Part shown: one piece after another, positions 10,159 through 19,653 of the stretch
How the letters are laid out: every line of letters starts with the position of its first letter
Position numbering within the stretch: the first letter of the stretch is position 1
NCBI GenBank assembly: GCA_964584805.1
Contig: CAZPAY010000007.1
Span: 8,117-72,116, forward strand
DNA: 64,000 bases
Source: an uncultured Planctomycetales bacterium
Lineage (GTDB): Bacteria > Planctomycetota > UBA1135
Direction of reading: 5' to 3'
The notes under the pieces: generated by a model
Database searches by the model: none
What the model was told of the DNA's origin: nothing
The model's input: the letters and a program-made list of their open reading frames with translations, nothing else
Made by a program: the position numbers and the translations under genes

Positions 10159-10177
10159 CTTGACCATTCAGAGCGCT

Positions 10178-11035
10178 TTAACGCGGGCCGAACATCCCGT
10201 CGGACATTTGTGTAGCAATCTCAGGCGAGAAATTCATCACAAGTTGCGCGACCACAAGCATAATCACAAAGGTCAAAAATACGCGCCCGCCGCCAATGCG
10301 ATGGTGCGACACGCGTGAGCCCATTTCGCGATCCCAGGAAGTCATCCCACGCTCGGTGAGCTCTTTATACGCGAGCATCATAAACAGCAAACTCACGAGT
10401 GGCAGACCGAGTGCCATGCCACGCAGGGTGACGGCGATGTTGCGCTGGACAGCCACTTTAAACGGCAAAAGCATGCCGTGTGAGGTGTAAATGCGGGTGC
10501 GCATCAGCCAACGGCCGGGTGTAGCGCCCCAGCGCGAAATGCAAAACGCATCAACGAAGACCCAAAGGAAAAGCGCACCTAGGCTGTGGGAGAAATGCAT
10601 CGGGTTCAAGCCGAAAAGCATAATCAACACACTCTGAAAAAGGCTCACATCAACAATGCGTCCCCAAAAGCGCGCCCACGGGCGGATTTGAGAATCTGCA
10701 GCTTGCGGGTGGCGGTTAGTGGATTGGCCGACATCCGCGTCAATCGTGGTCGCCCCACCTTTTGGAACAGAAGTTTCATCACTCGCAGAACCCCCGCCAA
10801 GGAAGTCACGCACCCCCGGCTTAGGATTGCGGGGCGGCGGCTCGACCGAAGGCTTAGGGGGCTCGGGAGCCGGTTGCAATTGCGAAACCTTGCTCGCAGG
10901 AACCCACTCGGCCATACCCTCAGACCACACGAGCGTCTTAGGAGGCAAGCCCCCACGCTCAAGCATGTGTTGAAGAACCGACTCAGGGACAGGCCCCTTT
11001 TGCTCGCCTTCGAATCCGTAGTACCAGTCACTCAT
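10178..11035 (-). CDS. GYF_2 domain + RDD family membrane protein
   Basis: N-terminal WYY...QKGPV...TLVWSEGMAEWVP (GYF_2), a Pro-rich linker, then RPWARFWGRIVD...TPGRWLM...SWD (RDD). Confidence 0.85.
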   Translation of the reverse strand: MSDWYYGFEGEQKGPVPESVLQHMLERGGLPPKTLVWSEGMAEWVPASKVSQLQPAPEPPKPSVEPPPRNPKPGVRDFLGGGSASDETSVPKGGATTIDADVGQSTNRHPQAADSQIRPWARFWGRIVDVSLFQSVLIMLFGLNPMHFSHSLGALFLWVFVDAFCISRWGATPGRWLMRTRIYTSHGMLLPFKVAVQRNIAVTLRGMALGLPLVSLLFMMLAYKELTERGMTSWDREMGSRVSHHRIGGGRVFLTFVIMLVVAQLVMNFSPEIATQMSDGMFGPR

Positions 11036-11046
11036 AAACGGCTAGT

Positions 11047-11607
11047 CTAGCGACAGGCGGCCGCGGAATTGCGTAAGCCGAGCAGGAATTCAGAAAGCCC
11101 ATCAATGTCGCTCAAATCAAAACGGGGCATCGGGCAAGTTTCGCTTGGGAAATCAGCCGCTACGGCGATGAGGTGGTCATCTCCGCGAAAACGCGTTTCG
11201 GTCGTGTGACCGCTGCGCATGACCTCGATAGTGGGTAATTGCAGGGCATTCCAGGATTCGACGAGGACGAGGTCTAGACCTTCCCCAAGTAGTTTTAGGC
11301 GGCTAGGGAAGTCGGGCTCTGCGTTTGCCTGAGCAGCGGCACCGCCAGCGGTGTCGCTCTCATGCGCCCACCACGCCACCGTTGCACCGGGCGAGCCGAG
11401 CACCAAACGCTCGGCTCCGGCTGCGCGCAATCGATGAGAATCTTTACCTGGTGTGTCAGCATCAGGGAAGCCACTGGAATGCTTGATTACGCCGACCCGC
11501 AGATTCATGGATTTCCAATGAGCAAGGAGGGCGCAAATCAAGGTGGTTTTGCCGACGCCTGAATTCCCGCAAAAGGAAACCACGAAGGGCGAGTTGGAGG
11601 TGCTCAT
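11047..11607 (-). CDS. mobB: Molybdopterin-guanine dinucleotide biosynthesis protein B
   Basis: Motifs GNSGVGKTTLI, VGVIKH, DTPGKDSHRLRAAGA, DLVLVE. Confidence 0.88.
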   Translation of the reverse strand: MSTSNSPFVVSFCGNSGVGKTTLICALLAHWKSMNLRVGVIKHSSGFPDADTPGKDSHRLRAAGAERLVLGSPGATVAWWAHESDTAGGAAAQANAEPDFPSRLKLLGEGLDLVLVESWNALQLPTIEVMRSGHTTETRFRGDDHLIAVAADFPSETCPMPRFDLSDIDGLSEFLLGLRNSAAACR

Positions 11608-11630
11608 GCCCTCACGCTAACCTTGCGGCG

Positions 11631-12455
11631 ATGACTCTGGAAATCCTGACCCTTGCAAGCGGTTCTTCCGGCAACTGCGCACTCGTGCACGCCGACACAG
11701 GGCGTGAGCGAGTCGTGGTCGCACTCGACTGCGGGATTGCCCAACGCAATGCACGCAACCTCGCGGAAGATGCCGGGTTTCTGTACACCCAAGTCGATGC
11801 GGTCTTGCTCACCCACCGACATGGCGACCATTCAGGCAATATAGTGCCGACCGCCGCTCGGGCGAAAGCACCGCTTTATGCCCACCCCGATGCATTGGGG
11901 CATAATCAGAAAACTTCAGCATGTGAAATTGAGCGACGGAAAGTCGAAGTGCGCCCCATTGCCGATCGAATGTCATTTGAAGTGGGTCCGCTTGAAGTCA
12001 CTCCCATTTACGTGCCTCACGACGGCGACCCCTGCTTTGGATATGTCTTTACGCTCGGTAATCAACGCGCCGCCTATTTCACCGATCTCGGCACGACCGA
12101 TGCTTTGCAGGGCGGAACGCTACGCGGAGTCAGCGCGTTAGTCTTGGAATTCAATCACGACTTAAACATGCTCCGCAATGGCCACTACCCACGCGATTTG
12201 CAAGACCGAGTCGCTGGGCCAACGGGGCATTTATCCAATGCGCAGGCTGCTGATTTTTTGGCTGGACACGCCCCCGAGAGCTTAAGTGAATTAGGCTTGG
12301 CTCATTTAAGCCGGCACAACAACACGCCTGAATTGGCCCTTGCCGCGGCTCAAGAGGGTTTATCGCGCGCGGGTCTCCCCCAAGTCAAAGTGCAAGCCTG
12401 CCCGATTTTACGAGTGGCACGATTCTCCGCAACGAGCCCGGCGACGCAACTTTAA
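11631..12455 (+). CDS. MBL-fold metallo-hydrolase (YycJ/WalJ-like)
   Basis: Motifs LASGSSGNC, THRHGDH, TDLG, LEFNHD, GHLSN, LAHLS..NN. Confidence 0.88.
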   Translation: MTLEILTLASGSSGNCALVHADTGRERVVVALDCGIAQRNARNLAEDAGFLYTQVDAVLLTHRHGDHSGNIVPTAARAKAPLYAHPDALGHNQKTSACEIERRKVEVRPIADRMSFEVGPLEVTPIYVPHDGDPCFGYVFTLGNQRAAYFTDLGTTDALQGGTLRGVSALVLEFNHDLNMLRNGHYPRDLQDRVAGPTGHLSNAQAADFLAGHAPESLSELGLAHLSRHNNTPELALAAAQEGLSRAGLPQVKVQACPILRVARFSATSPATQL

Positions 12456-13855
12456 AACTGAAAGTAAATAAACGGTTGATAATCAGCGCGCGTGAAGGCA
12501 AGGGCCACGGCGAACAATGCACCCAAGCAAGCGGCAAAAACGGGCTCGGGCAAGGCCTCAAACCGTTTTACGAATGTACCTCTTGCAGAAATGTGATGCA
12601 CCATGAAAAGCCCAAGCATCACCCAAGCCATCATGAATGGCAGAGTCTGCGTGCCTGCACCATCGAACAAAACGAATGCGCGCAAAACTTCTGATGCGGT
12701 TGCAAAATCGCCCGCACGGAAGAAAATCCAACATACGCAAACGAACCAAAAAGTCAGTAATGGCGAAAGCAAGCGCAGTAGGAAATGCGACTCAACGCCT
12801 GGTGCTCGTCGCGATTCCCATAGACGGTGAATCGCGAGTGCCAGACCGTGCAGAGCGCCCCAGAGGACGAATGTCCAGGCCGCGCCGTGCCACAGCCCAC
12901 CCAGCAGCATCGTCAACATCAAGTTGCGATAGGTCTTAAACGAACCGCCACGGTTTCCGCCAAGCGAAATGTACAAGTAATCGCGCAACCAAGTCGACAA
13001 ACTGATATGCCAGCGCCGCCAAAAATCGCGAATGTTAGTCGCCAAATACGGAAAGTTAAAGTTAAGGCAAAGTCGATAGCCCAACAAGGCAGCAAGCGCA
13101 ATCGCCATGTCTGAATACCCAGAGAAGTCGCAGTAAATCTGCACGGCATAGCCCACCACCGCCAGCCAAGCTGCACTCGCACTAAACAAAGTTGGATCAG
13201 CAAAATACTGATCGACAAATGGCGCCAACTGATCGGAAATACACGCCTTCTTGATGAACCCCGCAGCAAACAAAGTCAGTGCCGAACGCACCCGGACATC
13301 CGCCCAAAAACGAGGAGCGCCTAACTGCGGCAAAAAATCAACCGCTCGCACAATCGGGCCAGCAACCAATTGAGGAAAGAAACCAACAAACAAAGCCAGA
13401 TCAAGCGGTGAGCGAGTCGGCTTTAATTTCCCGCGGTAGATATCGAGTGAATACGACATCGTCTGGAAAGTGAAAAACGATATGCCAACGGGCAAAATCA
13501 CGACCAGAGATGAGGGTGCCATTTCGATACCCAACCAGGACAAAAATTCAGTGCCCGACTCAATAAAAAACCCCCAATACTTGAAGAAGCCCAACAGGCC
13601 TAAATTCGCAAGCAAGGAGGCACGCAGCCACCACACTCTAGCTACACCTGTGCTGGAATGGATGCGCTGCCCCGCTACATAGTCGACCACGGTCGAGACC
13701 CAAATCAAGGACAGAAAACGCCAATCCCAAGCAGCGTAAAAAGCGTAACTGGCCAAGAGCAACCAGCCCTTACGCAGGCGCGGCCCGCGCAGTAACCAAT
13801 GCATCGCAAAGACAAGCGCGAAGAAGGGAAGGAATTTAAATTCGGTAAACAGCAC
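12452..13855 (-). CDS. MBOAT family polysaccharide O-acyltransferase (AlgI/PatA/DltB-like)
   Basis: Motifs LPVGISFFTFQ, FFPQLVAGPI, DFSGYSDMA, FWRRWHISLS.WLRDYLYI, GLWHGA; C-terminal FIYFQF. Confidence 0.95.
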   Translation of the reverse strand: MLFTEFKFLPFFALVFAMHWLLRGPRLRKGWLLLASYAFYAAWDWRFLSLIWVSTVVDYVAGQRIHSSTGVARVWWLRASLLANLGLLGFFKYWGFFIESGTEFLSWLGIEMAPSSLVVILPVGISFFTFQTMSYSLDIYRGKLKPTRSPLDLALFVGFFPQLVAGPIVRAVDFLPQLGAPRFWADVRVRSALTLFAAGFIKKACISDQLAPFVDQYFADPTLFSASAAWLAVVGYAVQIYCDFSGYSDMAIALAALLGYRLCLNFNFPYLATNIRDFWRRWHISLSTWLRDYLYISLGGNRGGSFKTYRNLMLTMLLGGLWHGAAWTFVLWGALHGLALAIHRLWESRRAPGVESHFLLRLLSPLLTFWFVCVCWIFFRAGDFATASEVLRAFVLFDGAGTQTLPFMMAWVMLGLFMVHHISARGTFVKRFEALPEPVFAACLGALFAVALAFTRADYQPFIYFQF

Positions 13856-14823
13856 TAGGGTTTGGTGTTGAGTCTATTGAGCTCTTGAGCGGCAAGAATA
13901 GTTAAATCTTTGGCGCCATTCCAATTCAAATGGTTGCGGTCCGCCCAAGTTTCGGGGGGAAAGCGTTTTGTGTCAGACAAATCAAGGACATACTTGATGA
14001 CAGCGGCCCGTTGGAGCGCTCGCCAATCGTCAGCCACAAACGATGTCTGCCTAGGAAAGCCCAGCCACAGGATTGAAACACCTTTAGCGGCAGCCAACTG
14101 CTCGACATGCGCAACAAGTTCGCGGAAAGCCGGGGGCGGATTGGATTGGGCTTGACGGCTTGCTCCAATCAATGGTCGCGAATAGCCTGTGCGGAATTGC
14201 ATCGGGGAAAACCCCCTACCGAGATGGCCATGGATGACTCGCCATTCGCTCTGAGGAGATACGGATTGTTCATCCACCACCTCAGAATGAAGCGAGAGTC
14301 GCAAAGGCATATTCGCTCTGTTTTTTGCGAAACTCAGCCAGTGATTGATGAGTTCCTCGATTGGCGCCCAAGAGAAAGGAGCAAGGGCCATTTGCTGAAA
14401 CAGCATTGGCGTCAAACTACTGGTGCGCCGCCAATCATGCCAAGCGTCCATGCGACGAGTTGATATATTGACCGAGTTAACCCGTGGGTCGAAATGTGAA
14501 GCTTCAAGAACCAGCCATTTCAATGATGGCTTCGCATTCTCAAGAATTCGCTCGGCATGGTAAGTCGTCTCAAGAAATGACATATCAGGGAGACCATAAT
14601 TAAATGAAATCCGCCCAGCAGTTCTGGGAAGATAAACCTCATCAAATTGAGCGGGGTCAAGTTGCCGATAAACCAAACTAGAACCTACAAAAACGACCTC
14701 AACTTGATTCGCATTTTCTTCGAACCAAGCTAGCTTCCCTACACCTGGAAGCCAATCTCGCAACATAATTGCGGCGAACAGAAACGAAACCAAAAAAACG
14801 GCGGCTGAGAAAACGCGCATCAT
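13855..14823 (-). CDS. SGNH-hydrolase-like (DltD-like) exported protein, paralog 3
   Basis: N-terminal TM anchor; VVFVGSS, FNYG, C-terminal DRNHLN..GA. Confidence 0.7.
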   Translation of the reverse strand: MMRVFSAAVFLVSFLFAAIMLRDWLPGVGKLAWFEENANQVEVVFVGSSLVYRQLDPAQFDEVYLPRTAGRISFNYGLPDMSFLETTYHAERILENAKPSLKWLVLEASHFDPRVNSVNISTRRMDAWHDWRRTSSLTPMLFQQMALAPFSWAPIEELINHWLSFAKNRANMPLRLSLHSEVVDEQSVSPQSEWRVIHGHLGRGFSPMQFRTGYSRPLIGASRQAQSNPPPAFRELVAHVEQLAAAKGVSILWLGFPRQTSFVADDWRALQRAAVIKYVLDLSDTKRFPPETWADRNHLNWNGAKDLTILAAQELNRLNTKP

Positions 14824-15884
14824 TCGTGCATCGATGACTCAGGCGCAGTCATTTTAAGTCGCTGAATTCTCAGGATTTCTTGAGCAACCAAAGAAGTCAT
14901 TTTCTTTGCGCCACGCCAATTGAGATGCCCGTAGTCGTAGCGCAACTCATCGCCATACCATGCGGAAGATAAAGTCGGGTCAGAAAAATCAATCAAGTGA
15001 TTCAGAATGCCTGAGTCTTGCAAATAGTGCCAATCTTGTTCGCCCGCACCGGGGTGGATAAACCACAAAATCTCAGCGCCGCTTTCATCCGCCACAGCTT
15101 CAAGGCGCTCGACGACGCGCTTAAGTTCCTCGGGGGCAGAGGCTTTCTTGAGAGTGGCGGGCAAGGCGCGCGCTTGCAATTCGATCCTCTTTCTCTTTTT
15201 TTGAAGTGAGGCAAAGTTCCCACGATCATGAAGCGTAAGGTTATTGCCCTGTAGCGGTGTAAACCCATGCAAATCATAACCAACCTGTTCGAGGTGTTCG
15301 GGAGTCGCTAGATTGTCTTTCGCCCCAATGGAGGCAAAGACATCGCCCGCGAGGCCCATATTGGAAAAGCGTTGGCCCCAGAGTCGAAGGTGCCCCAGGG
15401 TCTCAATGAGCCGACGAGATATATGGCTTAAGGATGGCTGACGCATAGAAGAACACCAAAGAGCATAGACACAACCCAATGTGCGCTCCATGTCATGCCA
15501 CTCGACTTGACGATAACTCGCTGCATTATCACGGTCGATCGCACCATGCATCTCGAACGCCTCAACGACCACCCATCTGACAGTACCCTCACTCTGCTTC
15601 AGAACGCGTTCGGCAAGATATGTAGATTCTGAAAGCTGCGAACCTGGCTGCCCGAGATTGAATGCTCGAAGTGGCTCACCGCCTTGAGCGGTAGTACGCT
15701 CAAAATGCTTTGGGTCGAGTTGGCGATAGACATGGCTTGAGCCAACAAAAACGACTTCTGCATTTTGTCCCTGCTCAAGGAACCAAGCATACTTGCCCAT
15801 TTCGGGCGACATCGCACGCAAACCGATGGCGACGAGACCAAAGGTGAACAGAAACGCGGCAGCAGAAAGGAGGTAAAGCTTCAC
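14820..15884 (-). CDS. SGNH-hydrolase-like (DltD-like) exported protein, paralog 2
   Basis: N-terminal TM anchor; VVFVGSSH, FNLG, C-terminal DYGHLN..GA. Confidence 0.72.
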   Translation of the reverse strand: MKLYLLSAAAFLFTFGLVAIGLRAMSPEMGKYAWFLEQGQNAEVVFVGSSHVYRQLDPKHFERTTAQGGEPLRAFNLGQPGSQLSESTYLAERVLKQSEGTVRWVVVEAFEMHGAIDRDNAASYRQVEWHDMERTLGCVYALWCSSMRQPSLSHISRRLIETLGHLRLWGQRFSNMGLAGDVFASIGAKDNLATPEHLEQVGYDLHGFTPLQGNNLTLHDRGNFASLQKKRKRIELQARALPATLKKASAPEELKRVVERLEAVADESGAEILWFIHPGAGEQDWHYLQDSGILNHLIDFSDPTLSSAWYGDELRYDYGHLNWRGAKKMTSLVAQEILRIQRLKMTAPESSMHE

Positions 15885-15899
15885 GGCGGGATTGCCTAT

Positions 15900-16931
15900 T
15901 CACTTTAGCAAATCCTTGGCTATTAGCGCGGTCATCAGGCGAGCGCCATCGGCATTGAGGTGGTCAAAATCGAATCGCAAATCCGATTGATACCATTTGG
16001 AGGACAAAGTCGAATCACTGTAATCCAGAACATGTTTCGCCACCCCCCTTCGAGCGAGGTCTTTCCAACCCTCGGCTGGCGTCAGGCCGGGGTGAATCAG
16101 CCACAAAATACGGACGCCCTGCGCGAAGGCTTTTGCCTCGATTCGCGCCACTTCAGATTCGAGTGCGGGGTGTGCCGGGATATCCCAAGGATCATCAGCG
16201 ACACTACGGCGCTTGCCAATAAACGGGTCAGCATCGGCAAGAAACTCTTTGCGGCGACGCTTTTCTGATTTAGATTTGCCCGCGCCTATCAAGGGTCGGA
16301 AGCCCGTTTGGTTGACTCCTAAACCAGCCTTGGCCTCATAATCACGAGGCGTGCCGAGAAAAAAAGCATCAAACGCACCTGGCCCGCGGTCGAGATTACC
16401 CAGTCGATGAAAATAATGTGCAAAATGGCGACCAAGCAAATCTAAGCTGCCATCCGTCGAAAAGGCAGGCATCACTTGCAACAGGGAGGCCATCCGCCGC
16501 TCGTCATGCCAATCAATTTGCCGCCGTGACAAATCGTTTTCGGGATTCATTGCCGCTTCAAGAGTGGCGCCTTCGAGCACGAGCACTTTGAGCTGGGCCA
16601 TTTTGCGATTCAAAATGCGGTCGGCCCAATAAGTCGTCTCGGCGAAATGAGCGCCGGGGTAGCCAAGATTGAAAGCCTGCCAATCATGGCCGGATTTTGC
16701 CATCTCATCATGCAACACGGCTGGATCCATTTGCCGCAAGACATGGCTCGAACCGACAAAAATGACTTCATACTGTTCTTCGTTTTCAGTCAACCAAGCA
16801 AACTTCATTTGCTCCGGAGCAACGGCGCGCACGGCTTCGGAAGTCACCCAAAAGGCGATGAGAAAAACAACAAGTGCAACCGCTGCGCGAAAGGCACGGG
16901 GCCCAAATCCAGCGCGCGCAGTCAACGGCAA
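15900..16931 (-). CDS. SGNH-hydrolase-like (DltD-like) exported protein, paralog 1
   Basis: N-terminal TM anchor; VIFVGSSH, FNLG, C-terminal DFDHLN..GA. Confidence 0.72.
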   Translation of the reverse strand: MPLTARAGFGPRAFRAAVALVVFLIAFWVTSEAVRAVAPEQMKFAWLTENEEQYEVIFVGSSHVLRQMDPAVLHDEMAKSGHDWQAFNLGYPGAHFAETTYWADRILNRKMAQLKVLVLEGATLEAAMNPENDLSRRQIDWHDERRMASLLQVMPAFSTDGSLDLLGRHFAHYFHRLGNLDRGPGAFDAFFLGTPRDYEAKAGLGVNQTGFRPLIGAGKSKSEKRRRKEFLADADPFIGKRRSVADDPWDIPAHPALESEVARIEAKAFAQGVRILWLIHPGLTPAEGWKDLARRGVAKHVLDYSDSTLSSKWYQSDLRFDFDHLNADGARLMTALIAKDLLK

Positions 16932-16940
16932 ATCGACCGC

Positions 16941-17642
16941 CTAACCGAAAAGGTTAAAACGCACGATGTGCCACAAAGCGGCCACGCCATCGCGCCAACC
17001 GATTTTTTTACCTTCGGCGTAATCGCGACCGTAATAACTGATGGGCACCTCATAGATGCGCACGCGCTTGCCGTTGAGGCGACGACGCGCCACCTTGGCA
17101 GTAATCTCTGGCTCAAAGCCAAAACGGTCTGACTTGATTTCAACCCCTTGCAAAACCTCGCGTTTGAAAACTTTGTAGCAAGTCTCCATATCGGTGAGGT
17201 TCAAGTTGGTGAACATATTGGAAACCATCGTCAGAAAAGTGTTGGCCATCTGGTGCCAATACAGGTGCACGCGGGTCATCCGCGAACCTTTGAATCGAGA
17301 GCCGAAAACGACATCGGCCAAACCGCGCTCGATTGGCTCAAGCAAAATCGGATATTCGCCGGGGTCGTATTCGAGGTCGGCGTCTTGAATCAAAACAACA
17401 TCGCCAGTGGCGTGTTGAAAACCCGTGCGTAAAGCGGCACCCTTGCCTTGATTGACATCGTGATAGAAAATTTTAATATCACTATCATTTTCAAGTGTTT
17501 TCAAAATCTCACGCGTGTTATCGACGGAAAAGTCATCGACCATGATGATTTCCTTTTCAAATGGCGTAGCACGGACGCGCCCCAAAATTTCGAGGAGAGT
17601 TTCTTGCTCGTTGTAGACCGGGATGACGACGGACAGTTTCAC
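16941..17642 (-). CDS. GT2 glycosyltransferase (polyprenol-phosphate glycosyltransferase-like)
   Basis: Motifs [48 protein letters not shown]. Confidence 0.93.
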   Translation of the reverse strand: MKLSVVIPVYNEQETLLEILGRVRATPFEKEIIMVDDFSVDNTREILKTLENDSDIKIFYHDVNQGKGAALRTGFQHATGDVVLIQDADLEYDPGEYPILLEPIERGLADVVFGSRFKGSRMTRVHLYWHQMANTFLTMVSNMFTNLNLTDMETCYKVFKREVLQGVEIKSDRFGFEPEITAKVARRRLNGKRVRIYEVPISYYGRDYAEGKKIGWRDGVAALWHIVRFNLFG

Positions 17643-17709
17643 GGAAGAATCCTACACCACGCCACGGCACAATGCCTAAGCACTTTTCGAGTCTCGACCC
17701 CGTGCCTTC

Positions 17710-19653
17710 ATGACTGATTCCTTCCGCCCCCATGTTTCTCCCAATGATTCCCCCGCCGAGCTTACTTTTAAGGCGGTTTTTCTCGGTTTAGTCCTTGGCT
17801 CACTTTTTGCTGCAGCCAACGCATATGTGGGTTTAAAGGTCGGTTTGACCGTTTCCGCGAGTATCCCCGTGGCGGTCGTCTCGATGGCCGTCTTTCGGGC
17901 GATGCGCACCGGCACGATTCTGGAAAACAACATGTCGCAAACGGTCGGCTCAGCCGGAGAATCGCTCGCAGCTGGAATTATTTTCACTTTGCCTGCACTT
18001 TATCTTTGGGGGCATGCCCCCAGCTTTACGGATGTCGCGCTGACCACGGTTCTAGGCGGCACTTTGGGCGTGCTTTTTATGATTCCCTTGCGCAAGTTTT
18101 TAATTGTGCAAGAGCACAAAAACCTCCCCTACCCCGAGGGGACAGCTTGCGCAGAAGTCCTCAAGGCGGGTGAGTCCGGCGGCGACGCAGCCAAGAAGGT
18201 CTTTTGGGGTTTGGGTATTGGCGTGCTCTATGCGGCAGGCTTCAAGGTGCTGGGCTTTATCAAGAGCAGTTTGCACGCACCCTTTGTCATTGGCTCAGGT
18301 TTCCGCACGGCTCTAAGCATTGACGCTTATCCATCACTCGCGGGCGTGGGTTACATCTTGGGCATCCGCGTGGCCTCCATGATGCTTGCCGGCGCGGCGG
18401 TTGGCTGGCTGGTTCTCATCCCACTACTTGGTTACGCAGGTGACCACCTCGGCGGCATTCTTCCACCTGCTAGTGAGCCACTCAGTGGGCTCGACCCCAA
18501 TGCGCTTTGGGATAGATACATTCGCTTCATCGGCGCGGGTGCGGTGACTTTCGGTGGTTTGATTTCACTTTTCAAAACACTTTGGCGATTTGCCGTTTCA
18601 CTCAAAGCAGGTGTGGCTCGTAAGGCTGAATCCGCTGTGAGTCAAACATCAACAACACTCCGCACACAAACCGACCTCCCCTGGAAGGCATCCATCGCAA
18701 TCGGCTTGTTTTGCTCCGCTGGGCTTTGGGCGACAGGCATCGTTGAGTCAGGCTGGGCCGCGGCAGCCGTCGTTTTGTTTTCGGGCATCTTCGTCGCCGT
18801 CAGCAGCCAAATCGTCGGTTTAGTCGGCGGGTCATCCAACCCTGTCTCCGGCATGACGATCACCAGTTTGCTCGGTACGGCACTCATCCTCTCCGCCCAC
18901 GGCGCAGCAGGGATGGCCGGCATGGTTCAAACCATTACCGTCGGCGCGGTCGTTTGCATCGCGGCCTGCATGGCCGGTGACACGAGCCAAGATTTAAAAA
19001 CGGGTTATCTGCTCGGCGCCACACCCCGCCGTCAGCAAATTGGTGAGCTCATCGGCACCATCATGACGGCAATGGTTTTGGCCGCCATCATCCCCTTCAT
19101 CCTGACGCTACCTGGCGAAAGCGGCACCGTCCTTAACCTCGTCGGTGCAGACCCTGGAGTCGCCGCGGCTGCCAACCCCGAATTCCTCGCACCACAGGCC
19201 AATGTCATGAAAACCCTCGTCGAGGGCGTCTTTCAGGGCAACCTTCCTTGGGGCCTCCTCTTGATGGGGATGGCGCTCGCTCTCGTCGTCGAGCTTCTTG
19301 GCGCACCGAGTCTGCCGTTTGCAGTGGGTTTGTATTTGCCCTTTGGCTTGAGCGCTGGCGTGTTCGCAGGCGGCATTTTACGCTGGTTTGCCGATAAGTT
19401 TTTTGGCTCGCGCAATGCCGAACAGGGCGTTTTGATGGCTTCGGGTTTGATTGCTGGTGAAGCACTCACGGGGCTCGCCTGGATTGGCGCGCTTTGGTTT
19501 TCGTCCTACGGCGCGGGCGCATGGGGTTGGTCTGCTCTGAAAAATGAGCCGCTCTTTGATGCACCTGCGAGCATCGACCTTTACACTTTGTTGGCCTACG
19601 GCGTGGTGCTCCTTTTGCTCTTCCGCACCGGCCGCGCGAGCCGTACATCCTAA
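17710..19653 (+). CDS. OPT family oligopeptide transporter
   Basis: Motifs AANAYVGLKVG, ILENN..QT, LPYPEGTAC, SNPVSGM, QDLKTGYLLGATP, APQA. Confidence 0.93.
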   Translation: MTDSFRPHVSPNDSPAELTFKAVFLGLVLGSLFAAANAYVGLKVGLTVSASIPVAVVSMAVFRAMRTGTILENNMSQTVGSAGESLAAGIIFTLPALYLWGHAPSFTDVALTTVLGGTLGVLFMIPLRKFLIVQEHKNLPYPEGTACAEVLKAGESGGDAAKKVFWGLGIGVLYAAGFKVLGFIKSSLHAPFVIGSGFRTALSIDAYPSLAGVGYILGIRVASMMLAGAAVGWLVLIPLLGYAGDHLGGILPPASEPLSGLDPNALWDRYIRFIGAGAVTFGGLISLFKTLWRFAVSLKAGVARKAESAVSQTSTTLRTQTDLPWKASIAIGLFCSAGLWATGIVESGWAAAAVVLFSGIFVAVSSQIVGLVGGSSNPVSGMTITSLLGTALILSAHGAAGMAGMVQTITVGAVVCIAACMAGDTSQDLKTGYLLGATPRRQQIGELIGTIMTAMVLAAIIPFILTLPGESGTVLNLVGADPGVAAAANPEFLAPQANVMKTLVEGVFQGNLPWGLLLMGMALALVVELLGAPSLPFAVGLYLPFGLSAGVFAGGILRWFADKFFGSRNAEQGVLMASGLIAGEALTGLAWIGALWFSSYGAGAWGWSALKNEPLFDAPASIDLYTLLAYGVVLLLLFRTGRASRTS

